Origin: an uncultured Fibrobacteraceae bacterium
GTDB lineage: Bacteria > Krumholzibacteriota > Krumholzibacteriia > LZORAL124-64-63
NCBI GenBank assembly: GCA_964607825.1
Contig: CAZSNA010000001.1
Coordinates: 23,697 to 87,696 of the forward strand
Direction of reading: 5' to 3'
Length of the DNA: 64,000 nt
A program made the translations under genes and the position numbers. Shown piece after piece: positions 10,420-21,122 of the stretch (positions are counted from its first letter, which is position 1; every line of letters starts with the position of its first letter). The notes below the pieces were generated by a model. The model was given only the letters and a program-made list of their open reading frames with translations, did no database searches and was not told the origin of the DNA.

Positions 10420-13108
10420 ATCTCAGCAGCACGACCTTTCGGGTCGGGGTGACGGCGCCGTCGGGCACCGAGAGGCGCAGCAGGTAGAGGCCGGCGGGCA
10501 GGCGGCGGCCGTCGTCGTCGCGACCGTCCCAGGATACGAGGTATGCGCCGTTCGGCAACCACCAGTTCCTCACGCGGCGGGCTCGGGCGTCGTAGGCGGA
10601 GAGGCGGGCGCCGATCGCTTCGGTGTGGACCTCGAGGAAGACCTCCCCCGCGCTGGGGTTGGGGCGCGGCAGGCCCAGGCTCAGCGCGGGTGGCGTAGCC
10701 AAGGCGCCCAGCAAGGCGCTGCGGGAGACCACCTCGCCGAGATCGATGCGGATGCGGCCACGGAGCAGGACCCGCGCGTCGCCGTAACCGTCGGGCAAGG
10801 CGAGCTGGGCGGCGGGGATCACCATGTCGTCGGCGGTCTGGCCCGCGGGCACGTCGCCGTCCCACACGGGACTCCAGGTGGCGCCGTTGTCCAGGCTCGC
10901 GTCGACCGAGATCCGCTCGGGCATCTCCCAGGGCCAGCTCAGGGCGACACCGCCCCGCGCCTCGTCCCAGGCGGCGGCGAAGGGCGAGCCCGGATCCGCG
11001 ACCAGATCCATCCGGCCGAGCAGCCATCCACGCCCCCGCCTGAGCCGGTCGCTGGCCAGCCGGAACTCGAGCCGGGTGCCGCCCGCCAGGTCTTCGGGGA
11101 AGACGAAGGTGTCCACGCGCCACACAGGGGCGTCGTCGTCGGTGAGGCCGCCGGGCGAGACGAAGGCCTCGCGGCCGTGCAGGGGATTCTCGACCGCGCC
11201 GTCCACGCGTCCGTCGTAGCCGCCGTCGGGGGTGAGCGTCGTGTAGTCGCCCTCGGGGTCGAGGTAGCTCACCAGGGCCCCGTCGCTGCCGGTCCCCGGC
11301 GTGAAGGCGTGGATGTCGACGGCGTGGATCAGGCGCAGGACCGAGCCCGGCTCGGGGATGAAGCGGGGCGAGGTCAGCCGGGCGTCGCCCAGGTTGGCGT
11401 AGAGCACGTCGGGCCAGTCGGAGCCGTCGCCGTGGGCGGTGGCCGTGCAGGCGAGCAGCGGCGCGTCGGGCAGCCCGGGGGCCGCCGCGGGGCTCCAGGC
11501 GAACCAGTGGGTGGTGCTGCCGATCGATGGCTCGGACCAGCCCGTCGCGAAGGGGTCGTCCAGGGCGAAGGGCTCGTCGGCGGGTTCCCAGACCCAGGTC
11601 CGCTCAACAGTCTCCAGCAGGGTCCCGTTCCGGAAGATCTGGACCGTGAATTCCGAGGCGTCGCCCGGTCCGGGCGTATCGCCGGGCTGCCAGACGATGG
11701 CCTCGGTCAGGATCCAGATGATGTGGTCGTCCCGCTCGAGAGACCGCTCGACCTGCAGGACGCCGGGGGCGAACCGCCCGAAGTCGTCGTAGTCGAGCTT
11801 GGTCACGATGACCGAGATCTCGTCGTCCCAGGCGGCATGGCCGGTCAGGACGATGTGGCAAGTGACCTCGCCGCCGTTGTCGATCATCGCGAAGTCGAGG
11901 TCGAAGGGGTTTCCGAGCAGGTCGTACATGAAGCTGTAGTCGTACGTGACGCCCTTGAACTCGAGTCGTGCCTCGGACGGACCCGCATACCCGTCGCTCG
12001 ACGGAGAAGAGTATGGACCGAACACGTCGCCGTCGCCGAAGAGGTCCTGCGGCCCGCCGGAGGTCTCCCCCGCGGCCACGTCGTCCACGCCGTCGGCCTC
12101 GACCAGGCGGACGCGCAGATGAGGGCTCGCCCCGGACGACACGGCGTCGTCCGGCACCGACTCGTCCACGTGCAGCACCTCGAAGCGGAGCTCCGGAAAG
12201 GCCGCGTCGTAGGGTGCGTCGTCGAAGCCTCCGCGCAGGCGCACCAGGAAGTACTCGCCGGGGTCGTCGGCGCTCGCGGGTATCCGGGTCACATGGCGTG
12301 GGGCGCGGATCACGGTGCCGGCGGTGCCGGACGACAGGACGGTCTCCTCGGCCCAGCCCAGTTCAAGCAGGCTGTAGGCGTCCGGCAGCGCGGCGCCGGT
12401 GCCGTCGCCCCGGCCCCAGGCCCCGGCGGCCATCAGGCTGACGGCGCCCAGGCCGCCGCGGCTGACGGCCGAACCGGGGTCGGCGGGCAGGTCCGTGTCG
12501 TAGCGGTCCTCGAGGCCGAGCAGGTGGCCCGTCTCGTGGGCCCACACGCCGGGTCCGCTGTGGAGGCTGGCGACGGCGTAGCTCTGGGCCTCGTGGCCGC
12601 CCTGGCGGTAGGGCTCCTCGAGGTAGAACTGCAGGGGCTCCACCCAGCCGTCGACGGGATCGTTCTCCAGGCCGGGCGCCGCATGGAGGATCAGGACGCC
12701 GTCGACGATCCCGTCGCCGTCGGCGTCGGCGGTCGCGAAGTCCAGCCCCGCCGCGTCGGCGCCGGCGATGGCCTCGGCCGCCAGGGCGCGGGTGCGCACC
12801 ACGCTGTGCGGGTTGTAGCGGTCCGAATACCAGGAGGTCTCCTCGACCAGATGGACCAGGGGCGCCAGGGTCACCCGCAGCACATCGCTGCGCCCGCTGG
12901 CGGCGTAGAAGTAGCGCTCGAGGGTCTCGGCGCCGAGGCCGGCCACCCGCGGCGTCAGGTCGCGGGCGGGATCCCAGTCCACGGGCAGACGCCGGTCGGC
13001 GAAATCGACGGGGATCACCAGCAGACGGAACAGGGGGCCGCTCTTGGCGGGGTCGGTGAAGGCCGTCCGCATGGCGTCGCGGCGCTCCGCCCGGCGCTCG
13101 CTCTGCAC
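10418..13108 (-). CDS. Immune-inhibitor-A-like M6 zinc metalloprotease with a type-A T9SS C-terminal sorting domain; the N-terminus is probably mis-called (see finding)
   Basis: M6 N-domain (LLVIPVDFAD) and HEXXH in VWAHETGHLLGLEDRYD. C-terminus has PNPSAGEVFLEV...YLVSWDGRDDDGRRLPAGLYLLRL...RKVVLLR (Por-secretion-tail-like). The track start is a GTG with no signal peptide. Confidence 0.75.
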   Translation of the reverse strand: MQSERRAERRDAMRTAFTDPAKSGPLFRLLVIPVDFADRRLPVDWDPARDLTPRVAGLGAETLERYFYAASGRSDVLRVTLAPLVHLVEETSWYSDRYNPHSVVRTRALAAEAIAGADAAGLDFATADADGDGIVDGVLILHAAPGLENDPVDGWVEPLQFYLEEPYRQGGHEAQSYAVASLHSGPGVWAHETGHLLGLEDRYDTDLPADPGSAVSRGGLGAVSLMAAGAWGRGDGTGAALPDAYSLLELGWAEETVLSSGTAGTVIRAPRHVTRIPASADDPGEYFLVRLRGGFDDAPYDAAFPELRFEVLHVDESVPDDAVSSGASPHLRVRLVEADGVDDVAAGETSGGPQDLFGDGDVFGPYSSPSSDGYAGPSEARLEFKGVTYDYSFMYDLLGNPFDLDFAMIDNGGEVTCHIVLTGHAAWDDEISVIVTKLDYDDFGRFAPGVLQVERSLERDDHIIWILTEAIVWQPGDTPGPGDASEFTVQIFRNGTLLETVERTWVWEPADEPFALDDPFATGWSEPSIGSTTHWFAWSPAAAPGLPDAPLLACTATAHGDGSDWPDVLYANLGDARLTSPRFIPEPGSVLRLIHAVDIHAFTPGTGSDGALVSYLDPEGDYTTLTPDGGYDGRVDGAVENPLHGREAFVSPGGLTDDDAPVWRVDTFVFPEDLAGGTRLEFRLASDRLRRGRGWLLGRMDLVADPGSPFAAAWDEARGGVALSWPWEMPERISVDASLDNGATWSPVWDGDVPAGQTADDMVIPAAQLALPDGYGDARVLLRGRIRIDLGEVVSRSALLGALATPPALSLGLPRPNPSAGEVFLEVHTEAIGARLSAYDARARRVRNWWLPNGAYLVSWDGRDDDGRRLPAGLYLLRLSVPDGAVTPTRKVVLLR

Positions 13109-13196
13109 CGCGTCGGTCGCGCCCCGGACGCACGCGGCCGTCCCCAGCAGGACGGCCAGCGTCAGGATCAGGCGTTGCGTCGTCGGCTTCAGGCGC

Positions 13197-14747
13197 TCAC
13201 TCCCATTCGATGGTGCTCGGGGGCTTCGAACTGATGTCGTAGGCCACCCGGTTGATCCCCCGCACCTCGTTGATGATGCGGTTGCTGACGCGGGCCAGCA
13301 CCTGGTCGGGGATGCGGGCCCAGTCGGCGGTCATGCCGTCGAGGCTGGTGACCGCCCGCAGGGCCACCACCGACTCGTAGGTGCGCTGGTCCCCCATCAC
13401 GCCCACGGTCTGCACGGGCAGCAGCACCGCGCCGGCCTGCCAGATGCGGTCGTACTCCCCGGAGGCGCGCAGCTCGCTGATGAAGATATGGTCGGCGGCC
13501 TGCAGAAGGCGAACGCGTTCCGGCGTGACGTCGCCGAGGATGCGCACGCCGAGGCCCGGCCCCGGGAAGGGATGGCGCATCAGCAGGGCGTCGTCGAGAC
13601 CCAGGCCGCGGCCCACCTTGCGCACCTCGTCCTTGAAGAGCTCGCCCAGGGGCTCGAGCAGCTCGAAGCCCAGCTCGGCGGGCAGGCCGCCCACGTTGTG
13701 GTGCGACTTGATCACGTGCGAGGGGCCGTTGACCGACACCGACTCGATGCGGTCGGGATAGAGCGTGCCCTGGGCCAGGAAGTGCAGGGGGCCCAGGTCG
13801 GACGTCGCCGTCTTGAAGACCTCGATGAAGGTCTCGCCGATGATCTTGCGCTTGCGCTCGGGGTCGGTCACGCCGCTCAACCGCTGCAGGAAGAGGTCGG
13901 CCGCGTCGACGCGCACCACCGGGCGGTGCAGGAAGCCGTTGAGGGTGCGCTCCACCTCGTCGGCCTCCTGGTGACGCAGCAGGCCGTTGTCGACGAAGAC
14001 CGTGTGGAGCTGATCTCGCACGGCGCGGTCGATGAGCGAGGCGGTCACGGTGGAGTCCACGCCGCCGGAGACCGCGCAGAGCACCTGGCGGTCGCCGACG
14101 GTCTCGGTGATGTCGGCCACGGTCGCCTCGATGAAGGCGGCCGCCGACCACTCGCTCTCGATGGCGCAGATGTCCCGGGCGAAGTGGCGCAGGATCGTCA
14201 TGCCGTGCTCGGTGTGCACCACCTCGGGGTGGAACTGCACGCAGTACCGGGCGCGGGCCTCGTCGCCCGCGGCGGCGAAGGGGATCGACTCGGAGCTCGC
14301 CAGGGCCGCGAAGCCCTCGGGCAGGGCGCCGACGCGGTCGCCGTGGCTCATCCACACGTCCTGACGCTCGGGCGTGTCGTCGAAGAGGCGGCTCTCCCCC
14401 GTGCGCGTGATGACGGCCGGGCCGTACTCGCGGCTGTCCGAGCCCTCGATGGCTCCGCCCAGCTTGCGGCACATGAGCTGCATGCCGTAGCAGATGCCCA
14501 GCAACGGCTTGCCCTCGTCGAAGAGCTCGTCGCCGATGTCGGGCGCGCCGTCCTCGTAGACCGACGACGGACCTCCGCTGAGTACCACGCCGCGGATCTC
14601 GTCGCGGCCGAGCAGCTCCCGGTAGCGGTCGAAGGGATAGATCTGGGAGAAGACGCCCACCTCGCGCAGTCGGCGCGCGATGAGCTGGGTGTACTGGGAT
14701 CCGAAATCGAGGACCGCCACCTCGGGCTGGCCCGGCTGGGTCGTCAT
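13197..14747 (-). CDS. guaA: GMP synthase (glutamine-hydrolysing)
   Basis: 516 aa. GATase domain with the catalytic-Cys motif [11 protein letters not shown]-loop SGGVDSTV, C-terminus ...PPSTIEWE. Confidence 0.95.
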   Translation of the reverse strand: MTTQPGQPEVAVLDFGSQYTQLIARRLREVGVFSQIYPFDRYRELLGRDEIRGVVLSGGPSSVYEDGAPDIGDELFDEGKPLLGICYGMQLMCRKLGGAIEGSDSREYGPAVITRTGESRLFDDTPERQDVWMSHGDRVGALPEGFAALASSESIPFAAAGDEARARYCVQFHPEVVHTEHGMTILRHFARDICAIESEWSAAAFIEATVADITETVGDRQVLCAVSGGVDSTVTASLIDRAVRDQLHTVFVDNGLLRHQEADEVERTLNGFLHRPVVRVDAADLFLQRLSGVTDPERKRKIIGETFIEVFKTATSDLGPLHFLAQGTLYPDRIESVSVNGPSHVIKSHHNVGGLPAELGFELLEPLGELFKDEVRKVGRGLGLDDALLMRHPFPGPGLGVRILGDVTPERVRLLQAADHIFISELRASGEYDRIWQAGAVLLPVQTVGVMGDQRTYESVVALRAVTSLDGMTADWARIPDQVLARVSNRIINEVRGINRVAYDISSKPPSTIEWE

Positions 14748-14766
14748 GCTCGCGGTACCGTCCTTC

Positions 14767-16311
14767 TCAGTGGCGGAAGTGCCGCCGGTCGGTGTGGATC
14801 AGGGTGACGCCGAGACGGTTCGCCGCCTCGATGACCTCCTCGTCGCGGATCGAGCCCCCCGGCGCGATGACGCCGGCCACGCCCGCCTCGTGCAGGCGCT
14901 CGATGCTGTCCGGGAAGGGGAAGAAGGCGTCCGAGGCGCATACACATCCGGTCAGGTCGAGTTCCTGGTCCCCCGCCTTGCGCACGGCGATGCGCGTGGA
15001 GTCGACCCGGCTCATCTGGCCGGCGCCGATGCCCAGGGTGGCCTCGTGATCGCCGAGGACGATGGCGTTGGACTTGACGTGCTTGCAGACCTTCCACTGG
15101 AACCTCAGGGCGGCGGTCAGCCGCTCGTCGGGCTCGGGGCCGGCCACGTGCTTCCAGTCGTCCAGCTCGGGGAAGCCCTCGTCCTCCTCCTGGTGGAGCT
15201 GGACCTGTCCGAAGGCCAGTCCCTTGCCGGTGGTCGCCGCGCCGAACACCTCGGGGTCGAGGGCCAGCACCCGCAGGTTCTTCTTCTTGCAGAGGGTCGC
15301 GAGGGCGTCCTCGTCGTAGGACGGGGCCAGCACCACCTCGCAGAAGCGCTTGCGCAGGATCTGCACCGCCGCGTCGTCCACCTCGCAGGTGAAGGCGAAG
15401 ATGCCGCCGAAGGCCGACTCGGGGTCGCAGCGCAGGGCCGCCTCGAGGGCCTCGGCCGCGGTCGCGCCCACGCCCACCCCGCAGGGGTTGGTGTGCTTGA
15501 TGGCGGCGCAGCAGACGCCGTCGAGGTCGCCCACCAGCTTGGCCGCCGCGATCACGTCCACGAAATTGTTGAACGAGAGCGCCTTGCCGTTGAGCTGGAC
15601 CAGGCCCATGCCCGCCAGGGGGTCGTCGGCGTCCAGGCCGGGCAGGAAGAGCTCCGCGCGTTGATGGGGATTCTCGCCGTAGCGCAGCTCCACCGAGAGA
15701 TGGCCGTCGTGGGCGGCGCCTTCGAAGTACTCGGCGATCTGGGCGTCGTAGTCGGCGACCAGGGCGAAGGTCTCGGCGGCCATGCGGCGGCGGAAGTCGG
15801 CGTCGGGGAAACCGCCGCCGGCCTCGCTGGCCGCGATGAAGTCCTCGTAGAGCTCGGGGTCGCTCAGGACGCAGACCCGGGCGTGGTTCTTGGCCGCCGC
15901 CCGCAGCAGCGAGGGACCGCCGATGTCGATCTTCTCGATGGTGGCGGCGTGGTCGGCGCCGTCGGACACGGCCCCCGCGAAGTCGTAGAGGTTGCACACC
16001 ACCACGTCCACCGGCGAGACGCCCAGCTCGGACACGTCGGCGAAGTCGCTTTCGGCGGCGCCGAGGATGCCGCCGAAGACCAGCGGGTGGAGGGTCTTGA
16101 CGCGGCCGCCGAAGATCTCGGGGAAGCCGGTCAGATCGCTCACGTCGCGCACCTCGTGGCCCAGCTCGCGCAGCCGGGCGGCGGTGCCGCCGCTGGCGAC
16201 GAACTCGTATCCCTGCGCGGCGAGGGCGGCGGCCAGGCCGTCGAGACCGGACTTGTCCGTCACGCTCAGCAACGCACGGCGGGGGCGGTTCAGCTCAGGA
16301 TCGCGGACCAT
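14767..16311 (-). CDS. purH: Bifunctional AICAR transformylase / IMP cyclohydrolase PurH (start at [22 protein letters not shown]; the track ORF is extended by 233 codons)
   Basis: MGS-like N-domain [11 protein letters not shown]...SGGTA and AICARFT domain. ATG at ~16309-16311. 22-nt overlap with purC. Confidence 0.95.
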   Translation of the reverse strand: MVRDPELNRPRRALLSVTDKSGLDGLAAALAAQGYEFVASGGTAARLRELGHEVRDVSDLTGFPEIFGGRVKTLHPLVFGGILGAAESDFADVSELGVSPVDVVVCNLYDFAGAVSDGADHAATIEKIDIGGPSLLRAAAKNHARVCVLSDPELYEDFIAASEAGGGFPDADFRRRMAAETFALVADYDAQIAEYFEGAAHDGHLSVELRYGENPHQRAELFLPGLDADDPLAGMGLVQLNGKALSFNNFVDVIAAAKLVGDLDGVCCAAIKHTNPCGVGVGATAAEALEAALRCDPESAFGGIFAFTCEVDDAAVQILRKRFCEVVLAPSYDEDALATLCKKKNLRVLALDPEVFGAATTGKGLAFGQVQLHQEEDEGFPELDDWKHVAGPEPDERLTAALRFQWKVCKHVKSNAIVLGDHEATLGIGAGQMSRVDSTRIAVRKAGDQELDLTGCVCASDAFFPFPDSIERLHEAGVAGVIAPGGSIRDEEVIEAANRLGVTLIHTDRRHFRH

Positions 16312-17195
16312 GCGCGGGCCTCCTCGGCGAACAGGATGTTGAGCACCTCGAGATACCGGGCCGAGGTGCGCTCCAGGATATCCGTCGGCAGCTGCGGCGG
16401 CGGGTAGGCCTTGTCCCAGTCCAGGGTGTCGAGATGGTTGCGCAGGATCTGCTTGTCCCAGCTCGGCGGCTCCTCCCCCGGCACGTGCTCGGCGGCGGGC
16501 CAGAAGCGGCTGGAGTCGGGCGTGAGCACCTCGTCGATCAGGACGATGTTCCCGTCGATGCGTCCGAACTCGAACTTGGTGTCGGCGATGAGCACGCCGC
16601 CCGCCTTGGCGTAGGCCGCGGCGCGCGTGTAGAGGTCGAGGGTGAGCTCGCGCAGCCGGTTCGCGTCCGCCTCGCCGATGAGATCGACGGTCTCCGCGAA
16701 GGAGATGTTCTCGTCGTGGCCCGTCTCGGCCTTGGTCGAGGGGGTGTACAGGGGCGCGTCGAGCTGCTGCGACTTGAGCAGGCCCTCGGGCAGCGTATGG
16801 CCGCAGATGGTCCCGTCGTTCAGATAGGAGCGCCAGCCCGAGCCCGTGATGTAGCCGCGGGCGATGCATTCCACCGGGAAGGGCTCCGCCTTGCGCACCA
16901 GCATGGAGCGACCGGAGAGCTCGTCGCGCAGATCGCTGAAGGGCGCCGGGAAGAGATCGGCCTCGGCAGTCACCAGGTGATTCGTGACTTCGTTGAAGTG
17001 ATTCAGCCAAGCCAGTGTCATCACGGTAAGTATGCAGCCGCGCCCCGGCACGGTCTGGTCCATGATGACGTCGTAGGCGGAGATCCGATCCGTGGCGACG
17101 ATGAGCAGCTCCTCGCCCAGATCGAAGATCTCGCGCACCTTGCCCTTGCGGTCGGGGGTCAGTCCTAGATCGACCGTGCTGCGCAGAGATTGCAT
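16290..17195 (-). CDS. purC: SAICAR synthetase
   Basis: 301 aa; GKVREIFDLGEELLIVATDRISAYD and other SAICAR synthetase motifs. Confidence 0.93.
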   Translation of the reverse strand: MQSLRSTVDLGLTPDRKGKVREIFDLGEELLIVATDRISAYDVIMDQTVPGRGCILTVMTLAWLNHFNEVTNHLVTAEADLFPAPFSDLRDELSGRSMLVRKAEPFPVECIARGYITGSGWRSYLNDGTICGHTLPEGLLKSQQLDAPLYTPSTKAETGHDENISFAETVDLIGEADANRLRELTLDLYTRAAAYAKAGGVLIADTKFEFGRIDGNIVLIDEVLTPDSSRFWPAAEHVPGEEPPSWDKQILRNHLDTLDWDKAYPPPQLPTDILERTSARYLEVLNILFAEEARAWSAILS

Positions 17196-17243
17196 GGGTC
17201 TCCCGTTTCTGCGGAGGGTTCTGAGGGGTGGGACGCGGGCATG

Positions 17244-19595
17244 TTAGCCGCCGTCCTGCACGGTGTCAAGTCGGCGCGACGGCGGTCCGTGCAGGCTGGA
17301 AATGCGAGGCGGTCCCGGGCCGTCCCAATGGACGAACAGGGTGCCCCTCAGGTCCGTGCGCAGGGTCGCGAGCGTCTCCCCGGCGGCCGTGAAGGGACCG
17401 TGGCTGGGGTGGCCGTGACGACTGTCGATGCCGCAGCTGATCAGGACCAGTCGAGGGCGCGTGGCCTCCAGCAGGGCGGGCGAGCTGGACGTACGGCTGC
17501 CGTGGTGCCCGGCCTTGAGCACGTCGATCCCTCCGGGGGGCCAGGCAGTCGTGTGGGACAGCAGCCGCCGTTCGCCGACGCCTTCCAGATCGCCGGTCCA
17601 CAGGCCGCGGATCCGTTCCCCGTCGACCAGGATCACGGCCAGGGAGCGATCGTTCTCGTGTTCGGCGTCGAGATTCGACGCGCAGACCAGCGACCAGGCG
17701 CCGGCCCGGTGCAGGGTATCCCCCGGCGCGGGTCGGAGGGCGACCGCCTCCCCGGGCGCCGTGGTCGCGCCGCCCAGCCACCAGGCGCCCACCGGCAGGG
17801 CGTCGCCGACAGCGTCGGCCGCTCCGTCGTGGTCGGCGTGGTGGTGGGTCAGGATCACGCCGGCGAGACGTTCGACGCCCTCGCGTCGCAACCACGGCCG
17901 CACATCGCGCACGAAGGGCCCGCTGGCGCCCCAGGACTCGCCCGTGTCGATCAGCACGGCGCTGCGGTCGGGGAACACGAGCAGGGCGCAGTCCCCCTGG
18001 CCCACGTCGAACTGGACGGCGCTCATGCCGTCCGCAGGCAGACGGCGGTCCAGCGTGGGCAGCAGGATCAACAGGCCGGCGCCGAAGACGCCCGCCGTCC
18101 GCCAGCGCAGGGACGGTCCCCGCAGGAGCAGCGCGAACCCCACGGCGCCGGCCAGGAAGATCGAACAGCCCGCCAGGCTCCAGACCGGCAGACCGATGCG
18201 CAGGTCCGTTCCGGACGACAACCACGCGGCGCCGCCCGAGATGAGGCGCAGCACCAGCCAGGCGTCCGCCGCCAGCGCCTGCGCCGCCCAGGGCCAGGGA
18301 CTGAGCAGGGCTCCGGCCGACAGCCAGACCGCCGCTCCGAAGGCGGGTACGGCCGCGAGGTTGTAGGCCGTGGCCAGGGGATGGATCCAGCCGAAGCTGC
18401 GGGCGGTCTCGGGCAGCGCACCGAACTGGGCGCCCAGGCTCACAGTCACGGCGTTGCCGAGCCAGCGGAGCGGTCGCGGGAGGGTCGACAGGACCGGGAC
18501 GGCCAGGCGCAGGGAGACCAGGATGCCGGCCGCCGCCCCGAAGGAGAGTCGCAGTCCGGAGTCGGTCAGGGCGTCGGGCGTCGCCAGGGCCCAGAGCCAG
18601 AGCATCAGGCCCAGGGTCCGGAGTCCGTCGTGGGCCCGTCCGCTCCAGGCGGCCAGGGCGGCGGCGAGCAGCAGACCGGAGGCCCTCAGCGCGGAGCCCG
18701 GCGCGCCCGTCAGCAGGACGTAGACGGTCAGGAACGCGGCCAGCCCCAGCAGGCGCGACAGCGCACCGGCACGCAGGCCCTTCAGGCACAGCAGCCACAC
18801 CCCCGCCACCAGGCCCACGTGCAGGCCGCTCACGGCGAAGAGATGGCCCAGGCCGACCGCACCATAGGCCGCGCGCAGGTCGCGAACCTCGGCCCCGCGA
18901 CGACCGAGGAGCACGGAGGCGAGCAGGTTGGCTTCGCCCGTCGGGAAGAGGTGGGCGAGGCGGGCGAGCATGGCGCCGCGGATCACGCCCAGGGCCGAGC
19001 CGGCCGTGCCGGCCAGGGCATCTCCGGCCGTGGGAGCCGACTGCATGCGTGACAGGCGACCGTCTAACGACAGGCCCCGGCCCCGCAGGAAGCGCCGGGG
19101 ATCGAAACCCCCGGGTACGGTCGCGCGTCCAGGTGGCGAGGCCTCCAGCTCCCCCGCCACGCGGGACCACATGCGCGGCGCGGAGCCACGTCCGCGCAGC
19201 ATCACGCCCGTGCCCGGCGCCAGGTCGCCTTCATGTGCAATCACCGTGGCCGGGGCTCGCCAGCGGTCCGCGTCGACCGACGGCCAGGCGGTGGTGCGCA
19301 GGAGGGCCGGTGCGGTGTGGGACACGGGCCGCGACGGCGCCCAGGGCGTGTCCGCGAGCAGCTCGCGGGGCCGATCGTCGGCGGCGCGGACGGCGCGACC
19401 GGCGCACCAGCCGGCGACGGCGGTGATCGCGGAGGTTCCGCCCGTCAGGACGGGATGTCCGCCGGCCAGGCGCAGCAGCGGCGCCGAGCAGGCCAGGCGA
19501 ATCCAGGCGGACGCCGCGCCGGGCGGCTCGGGTCGGCCAGGACTCTCTTCACCGACGGTGAACGAGACGATCATCAGCAGCGACCAGGCCACGGG
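17244..19595 (-). CDS. comEC: ComEC/Rec2 DNA-uptake channel protein (competence domain plus C-terminal metallo-beta-lactamase domain). Start uncertain (GTG ~19595 or ATG 19574); the track ORF is over-extended
   Basis: TM-rich competence domain (…LFAVSGLHVGLVAGVWLL…) and MBL motif ILTHHHADHDG after GMSAVQFDVGQGDCALLVFPD. Confidence 0.8.
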   Translation of the reverse strand, partial: PVAWSLLMIVSFTVGEESPGRPEPPGAASAWIRLACSAPLLRLAGGHPVLTGGTSAITAVAGWCAGRAVRAADDRPRELLADTPWAPSRPVSHTAPALLRTTAWPSVDADRWRAPATVIAHEGDLAPGTGVMLRGRGSAPRMWSRVAGELEASPPGRATVPGGFDPRRFLRGRGLSLDGRLSRMQSAPTAGDALAGTAGSALGVIRGAMLARLAHLFPTGEANLLASVLLGRRGAEVRDLRAAYGAVGLGHLFAVSGLHVGLVAGVWLLCLKGLRAGALSRLLGLAAFLTVYVLLTGAPGSALRASGLLLAAALAAWSGRAHDGLRTLGLMLWLWALATPDALTDSGLRLSFGAAAGILVSLRLAVPVLSTLPRPLRWLGNAVTVSLGAQFGALPETARSFGWIHPLATAYNLAAVPAFGAAVWLSAGALLSPWPWAAQALAADAWLVLRLISGGAAWLSSGTDLRIGLPVWSLAGCSIFLAGAVGFALLLRGPSLRWRTAGVFGAGLLILLPTLDRRLPADGMSAVQFDVGQGDCALLVFPDRSAVLIDTGESWGASGPFVRDVRPWLRREGVERLAGVILTHHHADHDGAADAVGDALPVGAWWLGGATTAPGEAVALRPAPGDTLHRAGAWSLVCASNLDAEHENDRSLAVILVDGERIRGLWTGDLEGVGERRLLSHTTAWPPGGIDVLKAGHHGSRTSSSPALLEATRPRLVLISCGIDSRHGHPSHGPFTAAGETLATLRTDLRGTLFVHWDGPGPPRISSLHGPPSRRLDTVQDGG

Positions 19596-19615
19596 CCAGG
19601 GGAGCCGGTCGGCGA

Positions 19616-21004
19616 TCAGTCGGTGGGCGCGCTGTAGCGGGGCAGGGTGAGGACCGGGTCTCCGTCTGGATTCCAGAAGTGGCACCGGTTGCGGCCCCTC
19701 TGCTTGGACAGGTAGAGCATGCGGTCGGCGTTGCGGTAGAGCTCGTCGGGCGTGTCGCCCCCGCCCGGGAAGGCGGCGCCCCCGAAGGAGACGGTCACGC
19801 GCAAGGGGGACTCCGCGTCGGGATCGGACAGACGCAGGTTGGCGATGCCCACCTGGATGCGCGTCACGATGTCGCGGGCCGCGTCGAGTTCGGTGTTGGG
19901 CAGCACCAGGGCGAATTCCTCCCCGCCCACCCGGCAGACCAGATCGATCCGGCGCAGGCCGCGGAGCAGTTCGCGGGCCACGGCCCGCAGCACGCGGTCG
20001 CCGGCCGGATGTCCGAAGCGGTCGTTGATGTCCTTGAAGTGGTCGATATCCCCGAGGAGCAGCACCAGCGTGGAGTTGCGGCGCTGCGCACGTTCGATCT
20101 CGAGGGCGATCTGCTCCTCGAAGAAGCCCCGGTTGTGGACGCCGGTCAGCGGATCGACGTGGACCAGGCGCGTCATCCGGTGGGCCTGGCGCCACCCGTT
20201 GGTGACGAAGCGCGAGATGCGGCGGGCGAGCCGGATCAGGCTTTCACGCTCCGTGCCGACGCGGGCCACGGCGTAGAGCAGGCCGGCCTCCGCGACCGCG
20301 GTCCCGTCCGGCGTCTCGAGGACCTCGCGCGGCGGATAGAGCGGCACCGCCACGCCGCCGTGGAAGTCGGCGTCGCCGTCCGTTGCCGCGGCTCGCAGAC
20401 GCGGGGGCAGCTCCTCGCGGTCATGGATCCACACGGCCTCGCCCGCGCGGCGGGACGAGGTCCAGAACGGGCGTTCGCCCTGCGGGCAGTGGGTCACGTC
20501 CGGCAGCGGGTCGAGACCCTCGAGCTCGTCGAAGAGCTCGACGTGAAGGTCCACGTCGTCGAAGGCGGGTCGAAGCATGTCCAGCACGCCCTGCAGCAGG
20601 ACGGCCTCGCCATCGCTGGCGGCCCGCGTGAGGTTCAGGTCCTGGGCCCGCTCCATGGCGTTCAGCACGCGCTCGTGCATGCTGAACTCGTTGCCGGGAA
20701 TGCGGTCGCCTCGGTCCGTTCCGGCGGGGTCGCGAGCGATGTCCGCAGGGGCTTCGCTGAAGATCGGCGCCAGATCCAGAAGCATCGAATGACCGCGGAG
20801 CGCGAAATGCCGGGCCGGGCCCTCGTCCTGGTCGCCGACCAGGACGCGCACCAGATCTCCCCGGCCGACCAGGGTCGCCACCAGCGTCCGTCCGGCCGCC
20901 TGCAACGCCGCGGTATCGCCGCCGGCCAGGGCCACGCGCAGGTCGTGGCGCAGCGCGGGTCCGATGCGGGCTACGGACATCAGATGTCGGATCAGGTCGA
21001 TCAC
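19616..21004 (-). CDS. Diguanylate cyclase (GGDEF) with an N-terminal ~290-aa uncharacterised (GAF-like) sensory region
   Basis: GGDEF domain with active-site GGEEF (RVGGEEFALVL) and DxLTG…NRG upstream motifs. Directly upstream of comEC on the same strand. Confidence 0.85.
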   Translation of the reverse strand: MIDLIRHLMSVARIGPALRHDLRVALAGGDTAALQAAGRTLVATLVGRGDLVRVLVGDQDEGPARHFALRGHSMLLDLAPIFSEAPADIARDPAGTDRGDRIPGNEFSMHERVLNAMERAQDLNLTRAASDGEAVLLQGVLDMLRPAFDDVDLHVELFDELEGLDPLPDVTHCPQGERPFWTSSRRAGEAVWIHDREELPPRLRAAATDGDADFHGGVAVPLYPPREVLETPDGTAVAEAGLLYAVARVGTERESLIRLARRISRFVTNGWRQAHRMTRLVHVDPLTGVHNRGFFEEQIALEIERAQRRNSTLVLLLGDIDHFKDINDRFGHPAGDRVLRAVARELLRGLRRIDLVCRVGGEEFALVLPNTELDAARDIVTRIQVGIANLRLSDPDAESPLRVTVSFGGAAFPGGGDTPDELYRNADRMLYLSKQRGRNRCHFWNPDGDPVLTLPRYSAPTD

Positions 21005-21093
21005 GGCGAGAGGCGTCTCCGATCAGTTGTCGTTTCCAATGCCGGGCCCCGAGCGTATATTGGTGCGTCTGATGCACGAACGCACACCCTTAA

Positions 21094-21122
21094 TTGTGAC
21101 ACATGATGTGCATTCTTTCAAT
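21094..21122 (+). promoter_or_regulatory. Sigma70-like promoter (TTGTGA-N17-TTCAAT) in an AT-rich island upstream of mltD
   Basis: Direct reading of ttgtgacacatgatgtgcattctttcaat. Local AT content is far above the window average. About 65 nt upstream of the mltD ATG. Confidence 0.4.

Noticed and set aside
21090-21115. Apparent palindrome GTGACACATGATGTGCA in the AT-rich island
   Set aside because: On checking, the reverse complement is not identical (…CATGATG… vs …CATCATG…). It is only a loose CACA/TGTG repeat cluster, not a true inverted repeat.
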